Shown: piece after piece, positions 40,195 through 55,439 of the stretch
How positions within the stretch are numbered: the first letter of the stretch is position 1
Layout of the letters: the number at the start of each line of letters is the position of its first letter
Origin: Convolutriloba macropyga
Lineage: Eukaryota
DNA: 64,000 bases
Assembly (NCBI RefSeq): GCF_964194025.1
Contig: NC_134476.1
Location: forward strand, 25,792,001-25,856,000
Direction: 5' to 3'
Position numbers and translations under genes: made by a program
Notes under the pieces: model-generated
Told to the model about the DNA's origin: nothing
Database searches by the model: none
What the model saw: only the letters and a program-made list of their open reading frames with translations

Positions 40195-40961
40195 AGATTG
40201 AAATTCGCTATCGGAATCATTTGGGACTCTGCATCAAAATAGCATTTGAAGTAAGTAGCGCAAATCAATTTTTATGGATAGAGAAAGCGAGAATTAAGTA
40301 GTCATAATTATGACCCAAATTTTTCACGGAAACTGAAAGTTTACAACGAAAGTCTGGAAGGCCTTTACTTACACAAAACAAACGTATCATCTTTAGCGGG
40401 CAAAAAGACCAAACTAAATGCGTAAATTTATTATGCGCCACCTTCCACAAGCTATGCCTCTCCTTCTTCATGTTTCGCAAATACAAAAGACATCAAATCA
40501 ATGAAAGGCATTCAAAGGAAAACTACATCATTGATACTTAGGTATAGATCCAAGTGCTACAAAGAAACGACTGATGAGACTGAAACTGTCTTCTTGAATT
40601 GATTTTGCATAATTTCTTGGTGCTGATATTGGTACTAATTGGAAATAAGAACATCAATTCTCTAAGCAGATCAACCGTTGAAGATCACTCAGGTATAAGA
40701 CAAAACGAGCAATTAATGGTACTAAAAACAAAAACTGCGATCGCCAATAAAAAAATTTTTAACAAAGTCAGTCACTTAATATGATAATGAAAGTAGGCAA
40801 AGTAAACCGAAAACATATAGACAAATAACTTCACAATTGTACTCCAATTACTTTCAAAAAGAATATTTGGAGGGTAATATATGTTTTTGGGCAATAATTT
40901 GAGGTTGTGAAAAATGAAATTTTGTGCATACAGTCAGATCAACCGTAAGTGAAAGGTGAAA

Positions 40962-41048
<87 letters not shown>
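40195..41048 (+). mobile_element. LINE ORF2 C-terminus with (CT)n tail, the core of the satellite unit (other copies ~39100-39615, 43165-43570, 44930-45748, 47120-47551, 49400-49788, 50080-50615, 52730-53330, 63090-63585)
   Basis: Broken translations across copies (TKVWKAF, NVSS..TKLNAYINY, GIQRK..YKERLMRLKL, ELHDLLILISVL.G, WNYFHKE..EFNMCSWA.NCSC) are collinear with ORF 14433-15086. Confidence 0.8.
40965..41048. repeat. (CT)42 microsatellite; related runs at ~42070, 43529, 44385, 45700, 47486, 52410 and 53246
   Basis: Directly visible; in the LINE-containing units the run follows GTGAAAGGTGAAAAC or a variant. Confidence 0.95.
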
Positions 41049-41053
<5 letters not shown>

Positions 41054-43534
41054 CTACCAACAAAAACTTTTTTGGTTCGCAGACGAGTTGAAACCTCAAC
41101 ACATTTTGAGTCACTCGCTGCTAGAAGTAAACACGCTTATATTCTGGGCTGTCCCTAGCTTTTGGCTAAATCTTTTACAATTTACTATGTTGTTTTGGTG
41201 CTTCAAGTTGCTGAAACCTTTAGGGCTCAGGTAGAGTACAAACACATCTCGTTTGGTTAATTTGATGAGGTTGCAGATTCGATTTTGTAAAACATGCAAA
41301 CAATGCTTAACAGTCTCAGAATCAAAATTACACAAACTCACATAAAAAATGTCGATCTTTATCAGTATAGCATCTTTTTTTAATATCACTGATGCTACAC
41401 ACCTTGATCAATCTTTCTGTTCGTCAATATAAAAAGCGTTAAGATAAATTGTTGATAACTGAAAAATTAATAAGTCTCTGACATTTACTGATAGTCATAG
41501 ATGAAGAGTATAAATTATATTTCATTAAACACATCAGGCAAACTATTGAACGAATTTCTTGTGAATAACCACGCACAAAATACGTAGTATTTTTTACAAA
41601 TTGGAACAGTTCAGCAAGCCTCAGTTCTCGATTCAATATGGATATGAATTATCCAATCGTCAATTTTAGCCTAAAAATTGTCTTGAAGAGAACCGAATAA
41701 AAACTTATATTCGCAAAAACCAACGCTTATAATGGTTTCTCTTCAATTGTTTTCGCAATAATGCCAGAAAATTAAATTGAAAACTGTTACAAAAAAAACT
41801 TAAAACTTAATTCAGAAGCCTGATGGAGTAAAAAGTTATAATGAGCAATGTCATGGATAAATTCTCATACAATTTTTATAATTATTTTGGATTTGAAAAA
41901 AAAAACTAAATTGCTAGGTTGTTTTTGAATAATATTGTGAGTAACAACCTTCTGAAAAATACTCTTTTTTGTAGAAAGAAATCGGGAAAAAAATGGAGTA
42001 GTGGAGATGGGAGATTTGAAACACTAGAGATTAGTTGTTTGTTAAACTTAAATTAAAATTCTCTGAAAACTCTCTCTCTCTCTTTCTCCCTCTCTCGCTT
42101 TCTCCCTAAAAACTACGAACAAATAAATTTTTTGTTGGTGCAGCGGACAAATTGAAGCCTCACCAAATTTTGAGTCACCTGCAGCTAGAAGCAAATACGT
42201 CTAAACTCCGTGCTTTCCCTATCTTTTGGCTAAATCTAATACATTTTACTGAATGTTGTTTTTGTGTTTCAAGTTGCTCAGACTGTCAGAGTTCAGCCGG
42301 AGTACTAACAATTATCGTGTCATCTTTTTGGTTAGGTTGAAGATCCACTTTTGCAAAACAAGCAAACAATGGTTAGTAGTCTTCGAGAAAAATTTACTCG
42401 AGCCAACACATAGAAAATGTCGATCATTATCAAGATAGACTTTTTTCAATATCACTGATGTTACACATTTTGAGCAAATATTTCGAGCGTTCACTAATAA
42501 AAGAGCGTTCACCACATTTTGAGCGTTCACCAATAAAAGAAGCGCTAAGTTAGAGTGTTGATAACTGAAAAAGTAAAAAGATTCTGAGCGTTACTGATAG
42601 TCAGAGATGAAAAGTATCAAATTTTCTCATTAAACACATCTTGCAAACTGTTCAACGAAATTTTTGTTATTAACTGCTCACAAACAACGTAGATTTTTCA
42701 GAAAGTTGAACAGTTCAGCAAGCTTCAACTCCCACTCCACTATGAATAAGAAATATTAAATCGTCAACTTTAGCTTTAAAACCTTTTTAAACAGAAACGG
42801 AACAAAAATGTTTAGACGCAAAAATAAGCGCTTATAATGGTTTCAGTTGAACTATTTTAACAATAGTGCATAAAAAACAGCAAATTGTTACAAAAAATAG
42901 GAAAATTATTTCAAAAGCCTGATGGAGTAAAAATATATAATGAACAATGTCATATGTCATGGATAAATTCTTATGCATTTTTTTTCTTTAACATTTTTGG
43001 ATTTCAAGAAAATTAAATTGCTAGGTTGTTATTAAATAATATTATTTGTAAAAAGTTACTGAAAAAATAGATTTTTGTGGAAAAAAATTACAGAAATAAA
43101 AAGAGTAGTGGAGATGCGAGAATTGAAACAGTAAAAGTCAGTTGGTTGTTTAATAGAAATTAAAACTGGCTGTTATTAATGCTGATATCGGTACTACAAG
43201 GATATTAGAACATCAATTCTCTAATCAGATCAACCCAAAGCGTTGACGATCACTCAAGTATAAAACAAAAGGAGCAATTGATGATACCAAAAACAAAAAC
43301 TACGAACGCGGATCAAAATACATGTAACAGAGTCAGTTACTTAACGTAATACTGAAAGTAGGAGAAGTAAACTGAAAACATTTAGACAAAAAATGTTTCA
43401 AAATTATAATGGAATTATTTTCACAAAGAAAACTTGGAGTTTAATTTGTGATCCTGGGCAACCAATTGCTGTTGTGAAAATTGAAATCTTGTGCATACAG
43501 TCATATCAACTGTAAGTGAAAGGTGAAAACTCTC

Positions 43535-43571
<37 letters not shown>

Positions 43572-45699
43572 GAAAACTACCAACAATTATTTTTTTTTGG
43601 TTTAGCGGACCAGTTGAAGCCACAACACAATTTGAGTCACCCGCTGCTAGAAGTAAAAACGCTTATATTCTGTGCTGTCCCTAGATTTGGCTAAATCTTT
43701 TACAGTTTACTATATGTTGTTTTGTTGTTTCGGTTTGCTCAAACCTTTGGGAGTCAGGTGGAGTACTAACAAATCTCATTTGGTTAATTTGATGAGGTTG
43801 CAGATTCGATTTTCTAAAACATGTATAAATTATAAATTATTTTTCATTAAACAGATCTGGCAAACTATTGAACTAATTTCTTTTGAATAACCACGCACAA
43901 AAGACGTAGATTTTTTTTAAATGGGAGTTGTTCAGCAAGCCTCAATTTTCGATTCACTATGGATATGAATTATTCAATCGTCAATTTTAGCCTAATAACT
44001 GTTTTGAAGAAACCCGAATAAAAACTTTTCTTCGCAAAAACCAATGCTTATAATGGTTTCTCTTCAATTGTTTTCACAATAATGCATGAAAAATAAATTG
44101 AAAACTGTTACAAAAAAACTTAAAATTTAATCCAGAAGCCTGATGGAGTAAAAATTTATAATGAGCAATGTCATGGATAAATTCTTATACAATTCTTTTT
44201 AATTATTTTAGATTTGAAAAAAATTAAATTGCTAGGTTGTTTTTGAATAATATTGTGAAGAACAACTTGCTGAAAAACACACTGTGGTGTAGAAAAAAAC
44301 TAGAGAAAAAAAAGAGTAGTGGAGATGGGAGATTTGAAAGACTAGAAATCAGTTGGTTGTTAAACTTAAATTAAAACTTTGAAAACTCTCTCTCTCTCTC
44401 TCTCGCTTTCTTCCTCAAAACTACAAAGAATTAAATTTTTTGTTGGTGCAGCGGACAAATTGAAGCCTCACCAAATTTTGAGTCACCTGCAGCTAGAAGC
44501 AAATACGTCTAAACTCCGTGCTTTCCCTATCTTTTGGCTAAATCTAATACATTTTACTGAATGTTGTTTTTGTGTTTCAAGTTGCTCAGACTGTCAGAGT
44601 TCAGCCGGAGTACTAAAAATTATCGTGTCATCTTTTTGATTAGGTTGCAGATCCACTTTTGCAAAACAAGCATACAATGGTTAGTAGTCTTCGAGAAAAA
44701 TTTACTCAAGCCAACACATAGAAAATGTCTATCATTATCAAGATAGCCTTTTTTCAATACCACTGATGTTACACATTTTGAGCAACTTTTTCGTTCACCA
44801 ATATAAGAATCGTTCAATTAGATTGTTGATTAGACTGAAAAAGTAATAAGATTCTGACCGTTACTGATAGTCAGAGATGAAAAGTATCAAATTTTCTCAT
44901 TAAACACATCTTGCAAACCTTCTTTCAAAGAGGTTGAAATTCGCTCTCGGAATCATTTAGGACTCTGCATCAAAATAGAATTTGAAATAAGTAGCGCAAA
45001 TCGATTTTTATGGATAGAGAAAGCGAGAATTAAGTAGTCATAATCATGACCCAAATTTTTCACGGAAACTGAAAGTTTACAACGAAAGTCTGGAAAACCT
45101 TTACTTACGCAAAACAAATGTATCATCTTTAGCGGGCAAAAAGACCAAACTAAATGCGTACATTAATTATGCGCTACCTTCCACAAGCTATGCCTCTCCT
45201 TCTTCATGTTTCGCAACTACAAAAAACACCAAAACAATGAAAGGCATTCGAAGGAAAACTAAATCATTGATACTTAGGTATAGTTCCAAGTGCTACAAAG
45301 AACGACTGATGAGACTGAAACTGTCTTCTTATATTGATTTTGCATAATTTTTTGGTGCTGATATTGGTACTAAATGGAAATAAGAACATCAATTCTCTAA
45401 CCAGATCAACCGTTGAAGATCACTCAGGTATAAGACAAAACGAGCAATTAATGACACTAAAAACAAAAACTGCGAACGCCAATAAAAATATTTTTAACAA
45501 AGTCAGTCACTTAACATGATAATGAAAGTAGGCAAAGTAAACCGAAAACATATAGACAAATAACTTCACAATTGTACTCCAATTACTTTCACAAAGAATA
45601 TTTGGATGGTAATATATGTTTTTGGGCAATAATTTGAGGTTGTGAAAATTGAAATCTTGTGCATACAGTCAGATTAACTGTAAGTGAAAGGTAAAAACG

Positions 45700-45743
<44 letters not shown>

Positions 45744-47486
45744 ATCTCTGAAAACTACCAACAAATACTTTTTTGGTTCGCGGACGAGTTGAAGCCTCAA
45801 CACATTTTGAGTCACTCGCTGCTAGAAGTAAACACGCTTATATTCTGTGCTGTGCCTAGCTTTTGGCTAAATCTTTTACAATTTACTACAAGTTGTTTTG
45901 GTGTTTCAAGTTGCTCAAATCTTTAGGGCTCAGGTAGAAGACAAACAAACCTCGTTTGGTTAACTTGATGAGGTTGCAGAATCGATTTGTAAAACATGCA
46001 AACAATGCTTAACAGTCTCAGTATTAAAATTACACAAACCCAAATAGAAAATGTCGATCTTTATCAATATAGCATCTTTTCTTAATATCAATGATGCTAC
46101 ACACCTTGATCAATCTTTCTGTTCGTCAATATAAAAAGCGTTAAGATAAATTGTTGATAACTGAAAAATTAATAAGTCTCTGACATTTACTGATAGTCAT
46201 AGATGAAAAGTATAAATTATATTTCATTAAACACATCCGGCAAACTATTGCACGAATTTTTGGTGAATAACCACGCACAAAATACGTAGTATTGGAACAG
46301 TTCAGCAAGCCTCAGTTCTCGATTTAATATGGATATGAATTATCCAATCGTCAATTTTAGCCTAAAAATTGTCTTGAAGAGAACCGAATAAAAACTTATA
46401 TTCGCAAAAACCAACGCTTATAATGGTTTCTCTTCAATTGTTTTCGCAATAATGCCAGAAAATTAAATTGAAAACTGTTACAAAAAAACTTAAAACTTAA
46501 TTCAGAAGCCTGATGGAGTAAAAAGTTATAATGAGCAATGTCATGGATAAATTCTCATACAATTTTTATAATTATTTTGGATTTGAAAAAAAAACTAAAT
46601 TGCTAGGTTGTTTTTGAATAAAAATATGAGTAACAACTTTCTGAAAAGTACACATTTTTGTAGAAAAAAAACGAAAAAAAGAGTAGTGGAGATGGGAGAT
46701 TTGAAAGACTACAAATCAGTTGGTTGTTAAACTTAAATTAAATTTCTCTGAAAACTCTCTCTCTCTCTCTAAAAAACTCTTTATAAAACTAAACGCTTAT
46801 AAAGGATTCAGTGGAACTATTTTAACAAAAGTGCATAAAAAACAGCAAACTGTTACAAAAAATGGAAAAATTATTACAAAAGCCTGATGGAGTAAAGATA
46901 AATATTGAACAATGTCATGGTTAACTTCTTATGCAATTTTTTCTTTATTTTTTTGGATTTCAAAAAGATTAAATTGCTAGGTTGTTATTGAATTATAATA
47001 TTCGTAAAAACTTACTGAAAAAATAGATTTTTGTAGACAAAAATTAGAGAAATAATAACAGTAGTGGAGATGCGAGAATTGAAACAGTAAAGGTCCGTTG
47101 ATTGTTTAATAGAAATTAAAACTGGCTGTTATTGATGCTGATATCGGTGCTATATGGAAATTAGACCATCAATACTCTAATCAGATCAACCCAAAGCGTT
47201 GCAGATCACTCAGGTATAAAACAAAAGGAGCAATTGATGATACCAAAAACAAAAACTACGAACGCGGCTCAAAATACATGTAACAGAGTCAGTTACTTAA
47301 CGTAATACTGAAAGTAGGAGAAGTAAACTGCAAACAATTAGACAAAAAATGTTTCAAAATTATAATGGAATTACTTTCTCAAAGAAAACTTTGAGTTTAT
47401 TATGTGTTCCTGGGCAATCAATTGCTGTTGTGAAAACTGAAATCTTCTGGATACAGTCAGATCAACCATAAGTGAAAGGTGAAAAC

Positions 47487-47531
<45 letters not shown>

Positions 47532-50500
47532 CTCTCTCTCTCTCTCTCTCCCTGAAAACTACCAACAAATAGTTTTTTGGTTCAGCGGACAAGTTGAAGC
47601 CTCAACACATTTTGAGTCACCCGCTGCTAGAAGTAAAAACGCTCTTATTCTGTGCTGTCCCTAGCTTTTGGCTAAATCTTTTACATCTTACTGTGTTTTG
47701 TTTTGATGTTTCAAGTTGCTCAAACTTTTAGGAGTCAGGTAGAGTACTAACAAATCTTGTTTGGTTAATTTGATGAGGTTGCAGATTCGATTTTTTAAAA
47801 CATGTATAAATTATAAATTATTTTTCATTGAACACATCAGTTAAACTATTGAACGAATTTCTTGTGAATAACCACGCACAAATAACGGAGATTTTTTTTA
47901 ATGGGAACAGTTCAGCAAGCCTCAGCTCTCGATTCACTACGGATATGAATAATTCAATCGTCAATTTTAGCCTAAGAACTGTTTTGAAGAAAACGGAATA
48001 AAATTTTTATTCGCAAAAAACCAACGCTTAAAATAGTTTCTCTTCAATTGATTTCACAATAATGCATGAAAAATAAAATGAAAATTTTTACAAAAAAACT
48101 TAAAACTTAATTCAGAAGCTTGATGGAGTAAAAATTTATAATGAGCAATGTCATGGATAAGTTCTTATACAATTCTTATAATTAATTTGGATTTGAAAAA
48201 AAATTAAATTGCTAGGTTGTTTTTGAATAGTATTGTGAGTAACAACTTGGTGAAAAGTACATTTTTGTGTAGAAAGAAAAAACTTGAAAAAAGAGTAGTG
48301 GAGATGGGAGATTTGAAAGACTAGAAATCAGTTGGTTGTTAAACTTAAATTAAAACTCTCTGAAAACTTTCTCTCTCTCCCTCGCGCGCGCTTTCTCCCT
48401 CAAAACTACGAACAAAAAAAATTTTTGTTGGTGCAGCGGACAAGTTGAAGCCTCAAAAAATTCTGAGTCACCCGCTGCTAGAAGCAAACACGTCTAAATT
48501 CCGTGCTTTCCCTATCTTTTGGCTAAATCTATTACATTCTACTGAATGTTGTTTTTGTGTTTCAAGTTGCTCAGACTGTCAGAAATCAACCGGAGTACTA
48601 ACAATTATCGTGTCATCTTTTTGATGAGGTTGCAGATCCACTTTAAGTGCTTACTATTCTCTGAGACAAATTTGCTCAAGCCGACACATAGAAAATATCG
48701 ATCATTATCAAGATAGCTTTTTTCAATATCACTAATGTTACACATTTTGAGCAATTTTTTCGTTCAGCAATATAAGAAGCGTTAAGGTAGATTGTTGATT
48801 ACTGAAAAAGTAATAAGATTCTGACCGTTACTGATAGTCACAGATGAAAAGTATCAAATATTCTCATTAAATACATCACGCAAACTGTTCAACGAAATTT
48901 TTGTTATTATCTGCTCACAAACAACGTAGATTTTTCACAACATTGAACTGTTCAGCAAGCTTCAGCTCCCATTTCACAAGGAATAAGAATTATTAAATTG
49001 TTTGTCAACTTTAGCCTTAAAACCTTTTTAAACAAAAACGGAACAAAAAAATTTAGACGCAAAACTAAACGCTTATAATGGTTTCAGTTGAACTATTTTA
49101 ACAATAGTGCATAAAAAAACGGCAAACTGTTACAAAAAAAACAGAAAAATAATTTCCAAAGCCTGATGGAGTAAAAAATATATAATGAAAAATGTCATGG
49201 TTAAATTCTTATGCAATTTTTTCTTTAATATTCTTGGATTTCAAAAAGATTAAATTGCTAGGTTGTTATTGAATAATATTATTTGTGAAAACTTACTGAA
49301 AAATTAGATTTTTGTAGAAAAAAATTAGAGAAATAAAAAGAGTAGTGGAAATGCGAGAATTGAAACATTAAAAGTCAGTTGGTTGTTTAATAGAAATTAA
49401 AATTGGCTGTTATTGATGCTGATATCGGTGCTATATGGAAACTAGACCATCAATTCTCTAATCAGATCAATCGAAAACGTTAAAGATCACTCAGGTATAA
49501 AACGAAAGGCGCAAATAATGTAACCAAGAACGAGAACTACGAACGCCGACTAAAATGTTTGTAAAAGAGTCATTTACTTAACATAAAACTGAAACTAGTA
49601 AAAGTAAACCGCAAACATTTAGACAAAAATTATCTCAAAAACTTACCGGAATTGACTTTACAAAGAATATAATGACGGTAAGATGTGTTCCCGGACGATC
49701 AATTTTAGTTGTGAAAAATAAAATCCTGCGCAGAAAGTCAGATAAACGGCTAATGAAATGTGAAAATTTTCTATCTCTCTCTCTCTCTCAACACTGCAAA
49801 CAGTTACTTTTTGGAACAACGGACCAGTTGAATGCTCAACACCTTCTGGGTCATCAGCGGCTACAGGGAAAAAACGTTTTAGTTCCGTGTTTCCCTAGCT
49901 GTTGGCTAATTCTTTTACATTTTACTATCCGTTGTTCTTGTAGATTGTTAGATTGTTATTAAATAATTGTGTTAGTAATAATTTACTGAAAAAACAAATC
50001 ATTTTTGTAGAAATAGATTGACTTGTGGGGAAGGTGGAATTGAAAGATTATAAATCAGTTAGTTATTTCATAGAAGTTCAATTTGGTTACTGGAATCTTT
50101 TGGGACTCTGCATAAAACCAGCATGTGAACAAATTTATTTAAACCAATTTTTTTGATCGGAAAAAACGAGATTTAGGTGGGCATTGTTATGACCCAAATT
50201 TGACTGAAACAGTCTAACTAATTCAAATTGCCTAATTTATTGATGCTGATATCGGTACTACAAGGAAATTAGACTATCAATTCTCTAATCAGATCAACCC
50301 AAAGCGTTGAAGATCACTCAAGTATAAAACAAAAGGAGCAATTGATGATACCAAAAACAAAAACTACGAACGCCGATCAAAATACATGTAACAGAGTCAG
50401 TTACTTAACGTAATACTGAAAGTAGGAGAAGTAAACCGCAAAAATTCAGACAAAAAATATTTCAAAATTGTAATGGAATTACTTTCACAAAGAAAACTCG

Positions 50501-51234
50501 GAGTTTAATATGTGTTCCTGGGCAATGAATTGCTCTTGTGTAAATTGAAATCTTGTGCAAACAGTCAGATCAACTGTAAGTGAAAGGCGAAAACTCTCTC
50601 TATCTCTCTCTATCCCTGAAAAAACTTTTGTGGTTCAGCGGACAAGTTGAAGCCTCAACACATTTTGAGTCACCCGCTGCTAGAAGTAAACACGCTTATA
50701 TTCTCTGCTGTCCCTAGCTTTTGGCTAAATCTTTTACAGTTTACTATATGTTGTTTTGATGTTTCAAGTTGCTCAAACTTTTGGAGCTCAGGTAAAGTAC
50801 AAACAAATCTCGTTTGGTTAATTTGATGAGGTTGCAGATTCGATTTTCTAAAACATGCAAACAAGGCTTACCAGTCTCAGAAAGAAAGTACAAAAGCTCA
50901 ATTAAAAAATGTCGATCTTTAACAAGATAGCATTTTTTAATATCACTGATGCTACACATTTTGATCAATTGTTTTTATCGTCTTTATAAGAAGCGTTAAG
51001 CTAAATATTCAATAAGTTTAAAAAAAGAGATAATTTTCCGGCCTGTACTGATATTCACAGGTTAAGAATATCAAATATTTTCGTTAAACATTTCGGGCAA
51101 ACTACTGAATGAATTTTTTCTTTTTAGACGCACACACATGATGTAGATTTCATTACAAATTGGCAAAATTCAGCAAGCTTCGGTTGCCATTCCACTATGG
51201 ATCTGGAACATTAAATTGACAACTTTATGACTTA

Positions 51235-52360
51235 TAAAATCGTCTTGGATACGCAACATGGATATTAAATCGTCTTGCAATGGAACATTAAGCCGTCAAC
51301 ATCTAAATTTTCAATTTACATTAGAAACAACGGATGACAAAAACAGTTTTCCATTTCCGGACATGTCAATTAACGTACAACCGGATGGCACAAATTTGCA
51401 CCCCTTCAACTTATGAAAAGCATAATACAGGGAAGAATAATCCGCCTGTTCCAATACACTAGTAATTGGGAAGCGTTCTATGAAGCAATGACAAAAAATG
51501 GAAACATTTGAGATTGTAAACAATATTCTAGGCAATGGGTAGGGAAAATTTTCAAGGATACATTTAACCAGCTGTGAATGAAAGAACAAAGAAAAGGATA
51601 AAACGCTGGTGTAGACGTAAAACAACAGAAAAACACTGAGAAACAACAAATTGTATTACAAAACGGAAGCAAGATTTCTAAGGAATTTGTAAGAAACCAG
51701 AACAAAATCCATCCTGTGCAGACATTTTTTACCACTCCAATATTTATGAGCTGTTTACCTAGCCTTAAATCAAGCTTTGATGAAGATCCCAAACCCCACG
51801 TGATTGATAAACTCATTGGTAATGCATGCAAATCCATCTATGTAGGGCAGAGATGCCGACATATTACCACAAGGGTTGCAGAGCATGTCAAAGTGAACTC
51901 ACCGATGGAATTAAACGCAATTGAGTGTAACGGCGATAAAACAGCTTTCGAGTGAAAGATATAAGACCAGTGCGGCAACAAATTTAATTAATGACACCAA
52001 AGGCGTTTTATTTAAGAACACTGGAAATGGTCACCAACACGCGCGACGGATACCGAACACGAGAATTGACACTGGAAGCTTAGATTGGAGATAAAAATTC
52101 AACTTGAAATGAAAGAAGGACACGTTACAAAACGAAAATTTCTACATCACAATTGAACACAACGAAGTAAGTTGAGATAATATAAGAATGGTTTTTCAAA
52201 CAAAACATATGGATATGCATCTGCCATATCAAATTGAAAACATACATATAATCAGATAAAAAATTTTGTAAATACGACTGTAGTTATGTAAAAAATTGTT
52301 TTTAGATTCCTTAAATTTGCATTAGACTTTTTTAATTTGCATTTTATTTTATGGTTTTTC
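51235..52360 (+). mobile_element. Penelope-like element fragment 1 (RT thumb + GIY-YIG; internally deleted, no ribozyme)
   Basis: QHLNFQFTLE...FPFPDM; CLPSLKSSFD..PHVIDKL...CKSIYVGQ..RHITTRVAEH, a GIY-YIG pattern. Confidence 0.8.
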
Positions 52361-53246
52361 CTAAATCCTGTGCAAAAATTCAGATCAACGGTTAATGAAG
52401 TTTGAAAACTTTCTCTCTCTCTCTCTCTCTCTCTCTCAACACTGCAAACAATTACTTTTTTGGAACAGCAGACCAGTTGAATGCTCAACACCTTCTGTGT
52501 CATCCGCGGCTACAGGGAAAAAATGTTTAAATTCCGTGTTTCCCTAGCTGTTGGCTAATTCTTTTACAATTTACTATACGTTGTTATGGTAGATTATTAG
52601 ATTGTTTTTGAATAATTGTGTTAGTTATAATTTACTGAAAAAAACAAATCATTTTTTTAGAAATAGATTGACTTGTGGGGATGGTGGAATTGAAAGATTA
52701 TGAATCAGTTAGTTCTTTCAGAGAAGTTGAACTTGGTTACCGGAATCATGTGGGACTCTGCATCAAACCAGCATATGAAAAAAAATTATTTTGAACCAAT
52801 TTTTCTGGTCGGAAAAAACGACATTTAGGTGCTCATTGTTATCATCCAAATTTGACTGAAACAGTCACACTACTTCAAATTGCCTAATTTATTAATGCTG
52901 ATATCGTTACTACATGGATATTAGAACATCAATTCTTTAATCAGATCAACCCAAAGCGTTGAAAATCACTCAGATATAAACCAAAAGGAGCAATTGATAA
53001 TACCAAAGACAAAAACTACGAACGCCGATCAAAATACATGTAACAGAGTCAGTAACTTAACGTAATGCTGAAAGTAGGAGAATTAAACCGCAAACATCTA
53101 GACAAAAAAAATTTCAAAATTGTAATGGAATTACTTTCACAAAGAAAACTTGGAGTTTAATATGTCTTCCTGGGCAATCAATTGCTGTTGTGAAAATTGA
53201 AATCTTGTGCATACAGTCAGATCAACCTTAAGTGAAAGGTGAAAAC

Positions 53247-53328
<82 letters not shown>

Positions 53329-53949
53329 CCTGAAAACTACCAACAAATAGTTTTTTGGTTCAGCGGACAAGTTGAAGCGTCAACACATTTTGAGTCACCC
53401 GCTGCTAGAAGTAAAAACGCTATTTTGTGCTGTCCCTAGCTTTTGGCTTTATCTTTTACAGTTTACAATATGTTGTTTTGGTGTTTCAAGTTGCTCAAAC
53501 CTTTGGGGCTCAGGTAGAGTACTAACAAATCTCGTTTGGTTAATTTGATGAGGTTGCAGATTCGATTTTGTAAAACATGCAAACATTTCTTACCATTCTC
53601 AGAAAGAAAGTACACAAGCTCAATTAAAAAAGGTCGATCTTTATGAAGATAGAATTTTTTTTAATATCACTGATGCTACATATTTTGATCAATTTTTTAA
53701 ATCGTCGTTTTAAGAAGCGTTAAGCTAAATAATTAATAAATTTTTCAAAAAAGAGAATTCTCCGGCCTGTATTGATATTCACAGATGAAGAGTATCAAAT
53801 ATTTTCTTTAAACATTTCGGGCAAACTAATGAATGAGTTTTTTCTTTTTAGACGCACACACATGATGTAGATTTCATAACAAAGTGGAAAACTTCAGCAA
53901 GCTTCAGTTGTCATTCCACTATGGATCTGGAACATTAAATTGACATTTT

Positions 53950-55230
53950 TTTGAATTATTGAATCCTCTTGGATACGCAACATGGATATTAAATCGTCTT
54001 GCAATGGAACATTAAGCCGTCAACATCTAAATCTTCAATTTACATTAGAAACAACGGATGACAAAAACAGTTTTCCATTTCCGGACATGTCAATTAACGT
54101 ACAACCGGAGGGCACAAATTTTTGTACATGTTATCAAAAACCATCATATACTGGAACAATTCTGCACTATCGTAGCTGTGCACCCCTTCAACTTAAGAAA
54201 AGCATAATACAAGGAACAATAACCAGCCTGTTCAGAAACACTAGCAATTGGGAAGCCTTCTATGAAGCATTTACATAATGGGAAACATTTGAGATTGTAA
54301 ACAATATTCTAGGCATTGGGTAGGGAAAATCGTCAAGGATACATTTAACCAGCTGTGAAAGAAAGAACAGAGAAAGGGATAAAACAATGGCGTAGCCTTA
54401 AAACAACAGAAAAACACTGAGAAACAACAAATTGTATTACAAAACAGAAGCAAGATTTCTACGGAAATTGTAAAGAGACTGAGAAAATTCATCCTTTCCA
54501 GACAGTTTTTACCACTCCAAAACTTATGAGCTGTTTACCTAGCCTTAAGTCAAGCTTTGATAAAGACCTCAAACCCACGTGATTGATAAACTCACTGGTA
54601 ATAGATGCAAATCCATTTATGTAGGGCAGAGTTGCCGACCTATTACCACAAGGGTTGCAGAGCATGCCGCATTGAACTCCCCGATGGAATTAAACGCAAT
54701 CGAGTGCAACGGCGGTAAAACAGGTTTCGAGTGGAGGATATAAGACCATTGCGGCAACAAATTTAAGTTAATGACACTAAAGGCGTTTTATTTAAGAACA
54801 CTGGAAATGGTCATCAACCTACGACGCATACCGAACACGAGAATTGACACTGAAAGCTTAGTTTGGAGATAAAAATTCAAATTGAAATGAAAGAAGGACA
54901 CGTTACAAAACGAAAATTTCTACTTCACAATTGAACACAACGAAGTAAGTTGAGATAATTTTTTAATGATTTTTCAATAAAAAACATTTGGATATGCATC
55001 TGCCATATCAAATTGAAAATATACATATAATCAACTGTAACATTTTGTAAATATGACTGTAGATATGTAAAAAATGGGTTTTAAATTCCTTGAATTTTCG
55101 TTAGACTTTATTAATTTGCATTTTATTTTATGGCTTTTCAATTTAGCAATTTGTATTCTTTTTAAACTGACGATGACCTTGGACTTCAAAACAATTGTAA
55201 GAAAACTTTTGATTGGCGATCGTTTTTTAA
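53950..55230 (+). mobile_element. Penelope-like element fragment 2 with 3' hammerhead relic
   Basis: LQFTLETTDDKNSFPFPDMSI...YQKPSYTGTILHYRSCAP..KKSIIQG (PLE thumb), GIY-YIG remnant, ORF end ~54861, CTGACGA motif at 55167. Confidence 0.85.
55160..55205 (+). ncRNA. degenerate minimal hammerhead ribozyme (PLE-type); paralogues at 57768-57812 and 60150-60197
   Basis: CTGACGA-stem II-AAAA-C-AATT-GTA with a palindromic stem III (ACAATTGT). The core GAAA reads AAAA. It sits at the 3' end of Penelope fragments, as expected. Confidence 0.65.
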
Positions 55231-55439
55231 ATAGTTAGCCTTAAAGCCGTTCTAAAAAAACAAAATACAAAAATTTAAACGCAGAAATAAATGCTGATAA
55301 TAGTTTCTGTTGAATTAACTCAACATTAGTGCATAAAAAACAAACAGCAAACCGTTACAAAAAACATAAAAATTATTTCATGAGCCTGATGGAGTAAAAC
55401 CATATAATGAGCACAGTCATGGATAAATTGTTTTGCAGG

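Noticed and set aside
40571-40590. CTGATGAGACTGAAACTGTC (also ~45306) resembles a hammerhead core
   Set aside because: There is no stem II, and the sequence is simply LINE coding sequence (RLMRLKL). The diverged copy near 39460 lacks CTGATGA.
40678-40704. Recurrent TTGAAGATCACTCAGGTATAA, superficially a degenerate Penelope hammerhead
   Set aside because: It lies inside the LINE ORF2-derived module (VEDHSG) and lacks both CTGA and GAAA.
40854-41234. RE-repeat and LS-repeat ORFs (also 47371-47664 and 53137-53439)
   Set aside because: These are translations of (CT)n/(AG)n microsatellites.
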